DNA of 63,474 nt, counting the filler, from Octopus bimaculoides (taxonomy: Eukaryota), in assembly GCF_001194135.2 (NCBI RefSeq). It is 10 parts of 9 records of this genome, joined end to end, with 100 filler letters (N's around TTAATTAATTAA, not from the genome) between each part and the next. Parts side by side here need not be neighbours in the genome. Positions count along the whole stretch, not along the records: positions 4,765 to 21,635 come from NC_068982.1; positions 21,736 to 32,552 come from NC_068986.1; 8 more parts are not named here. One strand, given 5' to 3'. The notes beneath the pieces were generated by a model. It worked only from the letters and a program-made list of their open reading frames with translations. It ran no database searches and had not been told where the DNA came from. How positions within the stretch are numbered: position 1 is the first letter of the stretch; every line of letters begins with the position of its first letter. Below, piece by piece: positions 13,301 through 25,829 of the stretch. A program made the position numbers and the translations under genes.

Positions 13301-14713
13301 TTTAGGATTAGGGTTAGGGTTAGTTTTAGGTTTGGGGTAAGAGTTAGTGTTAGGGTTAGTTTTAGGGTTAGGGCTAGGGTTGGGGTTAGTTTAGGGTTAG
13401 TTTAGGGTTAAGGCTAGGGTTAGTGTTAGTCTTAGGGTTAGTGTTAGGGTTGGTGTTAATTTTAGGGTTACGTTTAGGGTTAGTTTCAGGCTTAGGGTTA
13501 ATTTTAGGGTTAGATGTTGTGCATTCGCTTTACCTTCGCCCATTTTATGATGTGATATACTACAGAAATAATTATAAAACAATAGAGTAAATATCTTTAA
13601 GACGTATGCAAGTTCTTTTTTAAATTTTTAAAAGGGTAGTCTGTTTTTAAATGTATTTCGCCACACCCATAGCACAGTTTAGGTCTGAGTTTTTGTTCAC
13701 CCCTTTTTTGTTGCAGGTCGACATGCTTGTATATTTATATCGTCCCTTTCAATATTTTCTGTCTTGTCGTAGATTAATTCTCCTTTGGGTTTCTTCCACC
13801 ACTATTTGTAAAGTTAATTTAGTGTCTTGCTCTAATTTTGTTAATATTCGAGCTCGTATTTCCCCATCTTTTGTTTCAGTTAATCCTTTTACTAAGATTA
13901 AACATTTGAACATGTCTGGAGTCAGCCTGCTTAGTTTGAATTTCTCATATTCTTTGTTTATGATACCTGCGTACACATTCCTAGCGAATGTTAAATAATG
14001 AACACCTTTCATTATTTAGCATTACGTGTTGGTGAATTAGTCTATTGGTGAATATCTTCGCCAATAGGCTAATTGTTTCTTCGAAACAAATTTCTGGCGG
14101 TTTCCTTGACAAGATGAAATTGAAGTATTTTTCGTGTTCTGTCGGTGCTAATTTTCGTAAAAGTAGCCGAAAACGTAATCCCTTCTTCAGGATTATAGAC
14201 AAATTCCACAATCGAATTAGTTACTCCATCCGCCGAAAACGAACCTGACATGTTCTTCGACTGCAGCAATAATTTGACAACTGCTGAGTTTGTTGTTGCT
14301 GTTTCCGTTGTTCTTATTGCTGTTGTAGAAGTTGCTGTTGCTGTTGCTGTATCACGGAGGATAACAGTTCTTCCATGTTAAGAACTTTGAATGTCTCACT
14401 ATTATGAAGTGCGCAAAATTAGAATCCTTGTTACTACTTACAAAGTGAGAGGATTTTTAATATTTTCCATTATGTGTAGTTCGAATTTTCGTCGACACTG
14501 TTATGATGTTTTGTAGTGATTGTGGACTTCTGGTATAATCAATTTAACAACTATCAATTCAACAACACGTAATTCCGATATTTCTTCTCAAACGACTTCT
14601 ACGACTGTCTTACAAGCATCTGTACATACCACGCTGTTTATTGTATCTTCAGCGCGCATGCGTACTTATTTAGAACCGTCCATTCGCGGAGTTGTTCGGA
14701 TTCCACCACAACA
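10310..14713 (-). mobile_element. Gypsy LTR retrotransposon relic (K02A2.6/Mag-like): 5' LTR 14499-14713, gag, protease, partial RT, RNase H, integrase; no 3' LTR seen
   Basis: LTR runs TGTTG...TAACA and is followed by a decayed TGGCGACGAG-type PBS. Motifs: protease LLDTGSD, RT WASPPVYV...RVCADF...FSKLDLSEAYLQ, RNase H FSLQTDYRPLL...RLQRW, integrase WSRLHIDFAGP...VDSYTKWPE. Many stops and frameshifts. Confidence 0.9.
13139..13513 (+). repeat. Degenerate interstitial telomere-like (TTAGGG)n array
   Basis: About 60 imperfect units (TTAGGG, TTAGTG, TTAGTT, TTAGGA) read directly. Confidence 0.9.
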
Positions 14714-14736
14714 CATACATAAAGGTAACATTATTA

Positions 14737-15101
14737 ATTCATAGTGAAGGGTACTAGGGAAGTACCAACAATGCTAAAGAGTCAAAATGACTCAAAACCA
14801 TAGTTTTCACTTGAACACACTAGTGAATTTGAGGGAACGAGCAAAATATAAAACCAAACTTACCATTAACGAAAAAATCGTAAATGAAATTTCAGACATA
14901 CTCATATCACGTGATTTCGAACCCTGTTAATTATCACTTAGTCCATCATCAGTGAGTATTATTGATCAAAGGCTGATGATGATGAATTAAGTAATAATTT
15001 ACAGAGTCCGAAATCACGTGATATGAGTACGTCTGAAATTTCATTTACGATGTTTTTCGTAACACACACACATAAATATGTATATGTATGTAATATGTTT
15101 A

Positions 15102-15149
<48 letters not shown>

Positions 15150-15891
15150 NNNNNNNNNNNNNNNNNNNNNNNNNNNNNNNNNNNNNNNNNNNNNNNNNNN
15201 NNNNNNNNNNNNNNNNNNNNNNNNNNNNNNNNNNNNNNNNNNNNNNNNNNNNNNNNNNNNNNNNNNNNNNNNNNNNNNNNNNNNNNNNNNNNNNNNNNNN
15301 NNNNNNNNNNNNNNNNNNNNNNNNNNNNNNNNNNNNNNNNNNNNNNNNNNNNNNNNNNNNNNNNNNNNNNNNNNNNNNNNNNNNNNNNNNNNNNNNNNNN
15401 NNNNNNNNNNNNNNNNNNNNNNNNNNNNNNNNNNNNNNNNNNNNNNNNNNNNNNNNNNNNNNNNNNNNNNNNNNNNNNNNNNNNNNNNNNNNNNNNNNNN
15501 NNNNNNNNNNNNNNNNNNNNNNNNNNNNNNNNNNNNNNNNNNNNNNNNNNNNNNNNNNNNNNNNNNNNNNNNNNNNNNNNNNNNNNNNNNNNNNNNNNNN
15601 NNNNNNNNNNNNNNNNNNNNNNNNNNNNNNNNNNNNNNNNNNNNNNNNNNNNNNNNNNNNNNNNNAGCCCTTCGTCAGTAATACTCACTGATAATTCACA
15701 GGGTTCGAAATCACTTGATATGAGTACGTCTGAAATTTTATTTACAACTTTTGTTCGTTAATGGAAAGTTGGGCTTTCATATTTTGTTCGTTGCCTCGAA
15801 TTCACTAGTGTGTACAAGTGAAAACTGTGGTTTTGAGTCATTTTGACTCCTATTTTTAGAATTGCTGGTACTACCCTAGTACATTTCGTTA

Positions 15892-15896
<5 letters not shown>
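14737..15896. repeat. Inverted repeat pair of about 230 bp (14737-14975 and 15666-15896) plus a third partial copy (14973-15062), each carrying a hammerhead motif
   Basis: The reverse complement of the left arm matches the right arm over its whole length (e.g. GTTTTGAGTCATTTTGACTC, TTCACTAGTGTG, GGGTTCGAAATCAC). Confidence 0.85.
14898..14959 (-). ncRNA. Minimal type-I hammerhead ribozyme motif with complete core
   Basis: Minus strand reads ATACTCA-CTGATGA-T-GGACT...GGTTC-GAAA-TCACGTGA-TA-TGAGTAT. Stem I is a perfect 7 bp, there is a U9b-type extra base, stem II is 5 bp with two G:U pairs, helix III is the palindrome ATCACGTGAT, and the triplet is AUA. Confidence 0.75.
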
Positions 15897-15935
<39 letters not shown>

Positions 15936-17426
15936 TTAAACGGATTTAAGAAGATAAAATGAAATAAATGCACATGTGCATTAATTAGCCAGATAGCTTT
16001 CCATATAACGATAATAGATGGATATATTCCAGATGGTATAAATTATGATTAAACTTGTGAATTACCTTGCGATAAAGATATGTTTTTCGGGTTACGTCTA
16101 GTGCTTCAAGTATTGATCGTTTATAGATCGATCTTCATATATCCAATTAAACGCAATAATGATGAGGGTGTTAGTGTCACGTAAGTAAGCAGATATCGAA
16201 TTGAATAATTGAGTTCAAGTTGAATGTAATAGAATGAAATTTTTTAAATTAAATATTTTGGCACTTCTCTTTACTACGGGTGTGTAGAGATATTTTCAGA
16301 TATATTTTGTTTGAATATATAAGGTAGACACCTCGAAACTTTACATTCATATACAGGCGTATATACGTAAACACGTATATACATATACACACAGATATAT
16401 TAATGTGTAACTATATATATATATATATATATATATANNNNNNNNNNNNNNNNNNNNNNNNNNNNNNNNNNNNNNNNNNNNNNNNNNNNNNNNNNNNNNN
16501 NNNNNNNNNNNNNNNNNNNNNNNNNNNNNNNNNNNNNNNNNNNNNNNNNNNNNNNNNNNNNNNNNNNNNNNNNNNNNNNNNNNNNNNNNNNNNNNNNNNN
16601 NNNNNNNNNNNNNNNNNNNNNNNNNNNNNNNNNNNNNNNNNNNNNNNNNNNNNNNNNNNNNNNNNNNNNNNNNNNNNNNNNNNNNNNNNNNNNNNNNNNN
16701 NNNNNNNNNNNNNNNNNNNNNNNNNNNNNNNNNNNNNNNNNNNNNNNNNNNNNNNNNNNNNNNNNNNNNNNNNNNNNNNNNNNNNNNNNNNNNNNNNNNN
16801 NNNNNNNNNNNNNNNNNNNNNNNNNNNNNNNNNNNNNNNNNNNNNNNNNNNNNNNNNNNNNNNNNNNNNNNNNNNNNNNNNNNNNNNNNNNNNNNNNNNN
16901 NNNNNNNNNNNNNNNNNNNNNNNNNNNNNNNNNNNNNNNNNNNNNNNNNNNNNNNNNNNNNNNNNNNNNNNNNNNNNNNNNNNNNNNNNNNNNNNNNNNN
17001 NNNNNNNNNNNNNNNNNNNNNNNNNNNNNNNNNNNNNNNNNNNNNNNNNNNNNNNNNNNNNNNNNNNNNNNNNNNNNNNNNNNNNNNNNNNNNNNNNNNN
17101 NNNNNNNNNNNNNNNNNNNNNNNNNNNNNNNNNNNNNNNNNNNNNNNNNNNNNNNNNNNNNNNNNNNNNNNNNNNNNNNNNNNNNNNNNNNNNNNNNNNN
17201 NNNNNNNNNNNNNNNNNNNNNNNNNNNNNNNNNNNNNNNNNNNNNNNNNNNNNNNNNNNNNNNNNNNNNNNNNNNNNNNNNNNNNNNNNNNNNNNNNNNN
17301 NNNNNNNNNNNNNNNNNNNNNNNNNNNNNNNNNNNNNNNNNNNNNNNNNNNNNNNNNNNNNNNNNNNNNNNNNNNNNNNNNNNNNNNNNNNNNNNNNNNN
17401 NNNNNATATATATGCATATATACATG

Positions 17427-17461
<35 letters not shown>

Positions 17462-17467
17462 GCATAT

Positions 17468-17507
<40 letters not shown>

Positions 17508-17529
17508 CTTCAATTAAATATATTCAATG

Positions 17530-18873
17530 AGAATATTAAATACTGAATTTACATTGAGTGCTCTATTGTATCAAAGTATTAATACTATTAAAGTATTTAT
17601 ACATTTAATGCGAGCGATTATATGTAAATATCTATAAGTATAAATATATAATAGTAAATATGACAGTTTCAAAGTTTCGAATTAAGTTTTTAAAGCATCT
17701 TACGATCGTTTCGCAGAAGTGTTGTTCCTATAATAGAATCCTATATTGATAAGCATTTATAGACGACACTTCTGCTCCTCAGAGATATAAAATGTGAAAT
17801 TTGCATAATTTATCGAATGGTAGTTTTTTTTAAATATGAAGAAACATGGAAATATAAATTCAAAATTGTTTGAAATATAAATTCAAAATTACTGCTTTTG
17901 ATTTTGGTAAGTAGGCTTTAGTATGAGAATTTTGAAATCCTTATATACCTCCTTGGTAAGTCTTCTGCAGTAATCCATAATAATTATTATAAAATCTATT
18001 ATATTGTCCTTTATTCCAGATATAGTTCCTAGACTTAGATAATATAAAATAAATTATATGTGAAATTATAAAATTATAAATTGGTCAAAGTATTTCTTTT
18101 ATATATTTATTTGTATCATTGGAAGATGCCAATATAATTTTTTTAATTTTTTAATTTAATGCAATTGTAACTGTCTATTTGTTAAAGATTAGATGTGCAC
18201 GGGTTCTAATTCTAAGAATACCTATTCAATATTTATTTAATGTATAATTTGTCATGTAAATGTGCGTATAGTCAAATAATTCTAATTAATTTATCTATCT
18301 ATTTGTAAGTATCACCTTATATTTTGATATCACAAAAAACCCTATATATATATAGTCACTAATCTAAATCTTTATTAGATATCCTATAATATTTAAAGGT
18401 TTTATAAAACCTATGTCTACATTTTGAAGGTGCTTCTGATTGACAATTTATTAAATTGTTATGTTTATATAATAATATATATAGCGATTCCTTCATACAG
18501 AGTCGGTAACTATTAGATTTATGTGTGTATGGTATGGCTGAATATATTATTGACCAATCTAGCCTGTAGTTAACTTTGTTTTTCCTTAGTTTATGTATAT
18601 ATGTAGCTAATGACGTGGTATTAGTAGCTATATTTGGCTTAAAGGAGTGTATGCGTGCTAAAAATCTTTGTTTAAAATTAACAGAACTCCTTATATATAC
18701 CATACTATGTGAATTATTATTATTTTTATATCTATGTGTATATATATATGTGTGTATGTGTATGTATATATCTGTATGTATATATGTATAGTATATATAC
18801 GTATTTATATATGTGTATATATAAGTATATAGATATATGTATACATATTTGTATATATATATGTATATATGTA

Positions 18874-18958
<85 letters not shown>

Positions 18959-19260
18959 ATATATATATGTATATGTATATATATATGTGTATGTATATAT
19001 GTATATGTATATATATGTGTGTATGTATATATATATGTGTTTGTGTATATACATATACATATATATATGGGAGAATTTACGAAAAAAACAACAGACGAAG
19101 ACAGGTGGTGTAAACAACAAATGGATGTATTAGTTTAACGCTCGGGAATAGAGAAAGTCTTTGACGTTTTGAGTTACGCTCTTCAACTGAAAGGAACACA
19201 GAAAGAAATAAGGAGAGAAACAAGGAGAAAAAAATATAAATGTAGTGGTCAGCGATCTAT
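17530..19260 (-). mobile_element. Penelope-like element remnant (EN C-terminus 18359-18690, 3' region with hammerhead, upstream terminal-repeat-like segment about 19070-19260)
   Basis: RIHSFK...[10 protein letters not shown]...WSII...PY...RLCMKE...[13 protein letters not shown] matches the Penelope EN tail. A decayed hammerhead-like motif sits at about 19156-19192. Confidence 0.75.
17697..17786 (-). ncRNA. Minimal type-I hammerhead ribozyme, best preserved copy
   Basis: Minus strand reads ATCT-CTGAGGA-GCAGAAGTGT...ACACTTCTGC-GAAAC-GATC-GTA-AGAT. Stem I is 4 bp, stem II is a perfect 10 bp, helix III is the palindrome ACGATCGT, and the triplet is GUA. It lies about 570 bp downstream of a Penelope EN ORF. 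Confidence 0.85.
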
Positions 19261-21569
19261 CATGGCAAATGCCGGACAGAAGATTCACACAGGAGAGCTA
19301 AGAAAAAGGGGAGATAACAAAGGGGAAAGAAGTGGTGAACGCAAAGACGAGAAGCTGTGTGTGTGAGAGAGAATGCTGGTGATCTTAACGTATGTATGCG
19401 TGTATGTAGGTGTGAAAAAGTAGGGAAGGGAGTTGGTCAGTGTTTGTGTGTGCGTGGTGGTGTGTTGTGAAGTGATGTGTTGTGTGATATGGTGTAGCGT
19501 GTTGGGAGGTGGGGAAGGTGAAGGTGGGAGAGGTGAGAGTGGGGAAAGCATGGGTGGAGTGTGGGTTAGGCTGAGGGTGGGAGTAGAGGTAGGGTATGTG
19601 GGTAGGCAGAGGTTGGGGTGAGTGCAAGAAGGTAGAGTAGGAGTGTGTTGGGGTGGGATGAGCTTATGAGGGAGGGTTGACGATGAAGGGGTAGGGGTTG
19701 ACGATGAAGGGGAAGGGGAAGGTGGATATAAGAGAGGGGGAAGGTGGGTATGGGAGGAGGGAGAAAGCGAGGATAAAGAGAGGAAGAGAGTAAGAGAGAG
19801 GGAGAAAGAGAAAAAGAGAGTAAGAGAGAAGAGAGGAAGAGAGAAGAGAGTGAGAGAGAGAAAGATAGAAGAGAGAAAGAGTAGGGGTGAAGAAGTAGGA
19901 GTGGGTGGGAGGAGAGGTGGNNNNNNNNNNNNNNNNNNNNNNNNNNNNNNNNNNNNNNNNNNNNNNNNNNNNNNNNNNNNNNNNNNNNNNNNNNNNNNNN
20001 NNNNNNNNNNNNNNNNNNNNGTGTGTGCCTCTGTGTGTGTGCCTCTGTGTGTGTGCCTCTGTGTGTGTGCGTGTGTGTGTGCGCCCGCAGCGTGTGTGTG
20101 TGTGTGTGTGCTTGTGAAACAACACATTGAGAATAAAGCTTTCACATGCATTCAAGTTTGAACTTGAACAACATCAATCTCCCCGACCGGTGAAGATCTG
20201 TTAAAGATCGTTAGCACTTTCCCTAACCCTTGTTGACTTTCTCCGTTCACCTGTTGTTGATTCACGTCTGGATGAAGTCTTAGCTTGTCGTTAATTTACC
20301 TGTACTGTTTGAGGTCTACCTGTTGTTCATTCTGGTTAATTGTGAAATGAAGAAATAAGTAGAGCAATAAACAAAGAAAACAACGAGAAAGTTTTAGTTA
20401 GATGTAGAATGGTGTCTGGATAAAGTAAAGACAAAATGAAAAACCTATAGCTATTAGACTTAGCTTCTGGAAAATTAGAATATTGAAGTTTCTAGACCGA
20501 CTTTCTGTACTTTTCTAAAACATTAAATAATTCCATCTACTCATGACAATGATCCAACGAGGAAGAACTTCATGGTCAGTCGATATTCCCTCGATTACCA
20601 CTCAACCGTCATTAAAAATATGAATGACATATTCAACAATGAATTCTTAAGTAGAGGTAGCCACGGAATAGGACTTCTCGTTCAGCACTGATCTGGTTAT
20701 AAGCAACATCCAGAATCTTTTATTTTTATACAGGTTCCATTTCATTAGCTATAACCATGTTGGAGCACTACTATGAAAATAATTAAGTTTGTAACAGTGC
20801 TTCTGTCAGATAGTAAACTGGGAACAGTTAGTAGCTTACTGGCGAGAATCAATCGAAATAAAGATGCCGTAAAGAGAATTTCTAGTCCAACACCGTCACT
20901 ACTCAACCATTATCACATTAGCTGAATATTTGTTTTGTTATAAATTGGACTCCTGGATAATATACTTGACAAAGATTACTGTAGTTAGTCACCATTAATT
21001 CTAGCTATCAAGCTATCATCCTGATGGGTAAAAAGACAGATAGACGGACAGACAGAGACGAATAGATCGAAAGAAAGTTAGAGAAAAGAGAGCGGAAGAT
21101 AGTGAGAGGCAGACAGATAGATATTCAGACAGACAGACAGACAGACTGACAAATAAATAAACAGACAGACTGTTGAAAAGACAGATAGAGCGATAGAAGG
21201 AGCGATAGAGAGAAAGAACGAGAGCAGGCAGGCAGACACTCACGTCACACACCCACATCGATACACATACAGATGGAGAAACAGATATGCGAATAACTAT
21301 CGTTCTGCTTTCCTCCAATTCTCAGTATCCCTCCTTCTCTACCTGCCTCTCTCTCCGTCTTTCACTGCACATCTCAATTTCCTTTATCTATACTAGTTCC
21401 ACCTCTATACATCAGACATATTTTTGTTGGAAATGTTGATGGTAGTGGTGAGGTAGGATAGGATGTGTGGTGGTGCGATGTGGTGTGGTGGGGTGTGCGT
21501 GGTTGGGTGTATATTTATCACGATGATAGGAGCTTGTTAATGCCTGTAGTAGAGTGAAGAATGAGGAGG

Positions 21570-21750
21570 AGGGGGGGAGGAGGTTGAGTAGGAGGAGGTT
21601 GAGATGGAGGAGGTTGAGGAGGAGGAGGAGGAGGANNNNNNNNNNNNNNNNNNNNNNNNNNNNNNNNNNNNNNNNNNNNTTAATTAATTAANNNNNNNNN
21701 NNNNNNNNNNNNNNNNNNNNNNNNNNNNNNNNNNNTAACGATAATGATGC

Positions 21751-21783
<33 letters not shown>

Positions 21784-21850
21784 GGAGGAGGAGGAGGAGG
21801 AGGATGGTGATGATGATGACGACGACGACGACGACGACGACGATGAGGAC
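21570..21850. repeat. Compound trinucleotide microsatellite (GAG)n / (GAT)n(GAG)n(GAC)n
   Basis: Read directly; it generates spurious poly-M/R/T/H ORFs. Confidence 0.9.
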
Positions 21851-23222
21851 GATTATGTTTATTTCCATCTCTGCAGATTGTCACCGCTCTGATGGTCACA
21901 CACAGAGGCAAGAATTGTCACAAAAGTTGAATTCTGAATCCAATTTATTTGCTGGAATCGAGTTACAAATTCATTGTCTTCCACCGAACGGAAAGCCTAT
22001 CTGAGAGCGACTAACAGTCTCGTTGGTCCATTTAGATTCGCGATAATTCCCTCCGAAATGCAGCGTTGCTTTACTACTCACAAGTGGCTCCCTCTTTCAC
22101 GTCCCATCCCCTGCCATTCCGCACAGTATCTTCGGCGCTCACCACTCAATTTACACCCCCCCCCCATCTCGCTACACCACCACTGTCACCAAACAGCCAG
22201 CGCCATCATGAGCGCCATCGTCATCATCGCCGCCACCACCAGACATCAGCACCGTTTTGACACTCAGCTAATTTAATCTGATAAAATGTGGACGGACATT
22301 CGGCTAAATAAATAGAAATCGCAATGGTGTGATNNNNNNNNNNNNNNNNNNNNNNNNNNNNNNNNNNNNNNNNNNNNNNNNNNNNNNNNNNNNNNNNNNN
22401 NNNNNNNNNNNNNNNNNNNNNNNNNNNNNNNNNNNNNNNNNNNNNNNNNNNNNNNNNNNNNNNNNNNNNNNNNNNNNNNNNNNNNNNNNNNNNNNNNNNN
22501 NNNNNNNNNNNNNNNNNNNNNNNNNNNNNNNNNNNNNNNNNNNNNNNNNNNNNNNNNNNNNNNNNNNNNNNNNNNNNNNNNNNNNNNNNNNNNNNNNNNN
22601 NNNNNNNNNNNNNNNNNNNNNNNNNNNNNNNNNNNNNNNNNNNNNNNNNNNNNNNNNNNNNNNNNNNNNNNNNNNNNNNNNNNNNNNNNNNNNNNNNNNN
22701 NNNNNNNNNNNNNNNNNNNNNNNNNNNNNNNNNNNNNNNNNNNNNNNNNNNNNNNNNNNNNNNNNNNNNNNNNNNNNNNNNNNNNNNNNNNNNNNNNNNN
22801 NNNNNNNNNNNNNNNNNNNNNNNNNNNNNNNNNNNNNNNNNNNNNNNNNNNNNNNNNNNNNNNNNNNNNNNNNNNNNNNNNNNNNNNNNNNNNNNNNNNN
22901 NNNNNNNNNNNNNNNNNNNNNNNNNNNNNNNNNNNNNNNNNNNNNNNNNNNNNNNNNNNNNNNNNNNNNNNNNNNNNNNNNNNNNNNNNNNNNNNNNNNN
23001 NNNNNNNNNNNNNNNNNNNNNNNNNNNNNNNNNNNNNNNNNNNNNNNNNNNTATGTAGGCGCAGGCAGGGCTGAGTGGTAAGGAACTTGCTTCCCAACCA
23101 CATGGTTCCAGTTTCAGTTTCTTAGGCAAGTGTCTTGTACTATAGCCTCGGGCCGACCAAAGCCTTATGAGTGGATTTGGTAGACGGAAACTGAAAGAAA
23201 CTCGTCGTATATATATATGTGC

Positions 23223-23253
<31 letters not shown>

Positions 23254-23744
23254 TTTGTGTGAGTGTGTGCGAGTGAGTGTGTGCGAGTGAGTGTGTGTGT
23301 GTCTTTGTATCTGTATTTGTCCCCCCGACCATCGCTTGACAACCGATGTTGGTATATTTACCTTCCCGTAACTTAGCGGTTCGGCAAAAGAAACCGATAG
23401 AATAAGTACTAGACTTACAAAGAATAAGTCCTGGGGTAAGCTCATCCACTGGCTTCTTTGTTTTCTATCGCGTGGAAGATAAACTATTTCTTGTTCGCTT
23501 GCTATAGCAAAGGTCACAACTACATCGGGAATTGAAATTTAATACGCGACTTGATAACACAATTATCACATCTTAAGCAGAAGAACTACAAACAGTTATA
23601 ATTATCGATATTTTGCTGAGGAATACGAAAGCATTAGTCTTAAACTTATCAAGAGTAAAACAAAAGGTTTGCATCAACAAGTTCCTCAACAAGAAGGAAC
23701 CATTCTTGTACGTGAGTAGGCTGTAGAAAATATAGAGCTCTTTC

Positions 23745-24087
23745 ATTATTTGGATAGCCACCTATTATGTAATGGCTTCTGAATTAGACGTAACGTATAC
23801 GACAATTTCCAACCACTTGAAAGAGATTGGAAAAACAAAAATACTTGAGAAATGGGTGCCGCAGGAATTGAACAACAACAAAAAAAAACAAAAAAAAAAC
23901 GCCGTTTTGAAATGTCGTCTTCCCTTCTTTTACGCAACAAGAACGATCCGTTTCTCGACCGGATTGTGACTTGCGATGAAAAGTGGATTCTTTACGACAA
24001 CCGGCGACGCTCAGCTCAGTGGTTGGACGCCGACGAAGCTCCACGGTACTTCCCAAAGCCAAAGTTGGATCAAGAGAAGGTCATGGT
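23745..24087 (+). mobile_element. Mariner (DD34D) transposase fragment, runs into N-gap
   Basis: KWVPQEL...FLDRIVTCDEKWILYDNRRRSAQW motifs, frameshifted. Confidence 0.85.
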
Positions 24088-25829
24088 NNNNNNNNNNNNN
24101 NNNNNNNNNNNNNNNNNNNNNNNNNNNNNNNNNNNNNNNNNNNNNNNNNNNNNNNNNNNNNNNNNNNNNNNNNNNNNNNNNNNNNNNNNNNNNNNNNNNN
24201 NNNNNNNNNNNNNNNNNNNNNNNNNNNNNNNNNNNNNNNNNNNNNNNNNNNNNNNNNNNNNNNNNNNNNNNNNNNNNNNNNNNNNNNNNNNNNNNNNNNN
24301 NNNNNNNNNNNNNNNNNNNNNNNNNNNNNNNNNNNNNNNNNNNNNNNNNNNNNNNNNNNNNNNNNNNNNNNNNNNNNNNNNNNNNNNNNNNNNNNNNNNN
24401 NNNNNNNNNNNNNNNNNNNNNNNNNNNNNNNNNNNNNNNNNNNNNNNNNNNNNNNNNNNNNNNNNNNNNNNNNNNNNNNNNNNNNNNNNNNNNNNNNNNN
24501 NNNNNNNNNNNNNNNNNNNNNNNNNNNNNNNNNNNNNNNNNNNNNNNNNNNNNNNNNNNNNNNNNNNNNNNNNNNNNNNNNNNNNNNNNNNNNNNNNNNN
24601 NNNNNNNNNNNNNNNNNNNNNNNNNNNNNNNNNNNNNNNNNNNNNNNNNNNNNNNNNNNNNNNNNNNNNNNNNNNNNNNNNNNNNNNNNNNNNNNNNNNN
24701 NNNNNNNNNNNNNNNNNNNNNNNNNNNNNNNNNNNNNNNNNNNNNNNNNNNNNNNNNNNNNNNNNNNNNNNNNNNNNNNNNNNNNNNNNNNNNNNNNNNN
24801 NNNNNNNNNNNNNNNNNNNNNNNNNNNNNNNNNNNNNNNNNNNNNNNNNNNNNNNNNNNNNNNNNNNNNNNNNNNNATATATATATATATATATATACAA
24901 AATTATATGTATACACACACATACATATACTTTTATGTAAAGATATTCATGCACACACACACATACACATGTGTGTGCGTGCGTGTGTTGTGTGCGAGGG
25001 CGTGCGCTTTTATGTGCATGTTTTCGTATGTGAGTGTGTATGTGTGTGTGTGTGTGTGTTATCTATTTGCCTAATTTAACCATATGCCATTAGGACAAAT
25101 TAACACGCGCTCCAGTAAATTTCGTGCTAATTAAACCTTAGTCTGATTTGTATTTATTTAGCCGACTATAATGTCCGGTTTGATCAAATTAATGTGGTGA
25201 TGGTGGTGGTGAGGACTGGAATTAGTGCCGGAGTGTGATGAGCTTACTGGAATACGTGGAGTGGTACGGACGTAATGAATCTGTCTACAAATTCCAGCAA
25301 CGCTAGAATCGTTGTAGACGCAAATGGATCGGTTAGGAAATTTGTCAAACAGATATATAATTTTCTTCAGCACAAACACGCCTAATTCGATTGGTAGATT
25401 TGGCAGAAAGTCGGACTTAATTCCTTGTGAGAGTTGGTCAATTTTTGTGTTGGTTCGAATCTTTCCGAAGTCGCTTTTGTTTTTCATACTTCCTGGGATT
25501 CAAAAGATATCTACCAATTTCATTGATATATNNNNNNNNNNNNNNNNNNNNNNNNNNNNNNNNNNNNNNNNNNNNNNNNNNNNNNNNNNNNNNNNNNNNN
25601 NNNNNNNNNNNNNNNNNNNNNNNNNNNNNNNNNNNNNNNNNNNNNNNNNNNNNNNNNNNNNNNNNNNNNNNNNNNNNNNNNNNNNNNNNNNNNNNNNNNN
25701 ATATATATATATATATATATATAGGGTTGACAGTTTGCATAAAAAAAGAAAACACTCTATCCCAGTCAAAAAGAAAAGCATTTTAAAACATCAATTAGAA
25801 TATGGCTGGGTGATAACGGTTTAATTAAA

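Noticed and set aside
22006-22020. AGCGAC-N5-GTCT, one mismatch from the Smad/Schnurri silencer GRCGNC-N5-GTCT
   Set aside because: It has a mismatch at the first position, and a rough estimate gives close to one chance hit in a window this size; conservation data would be needed.
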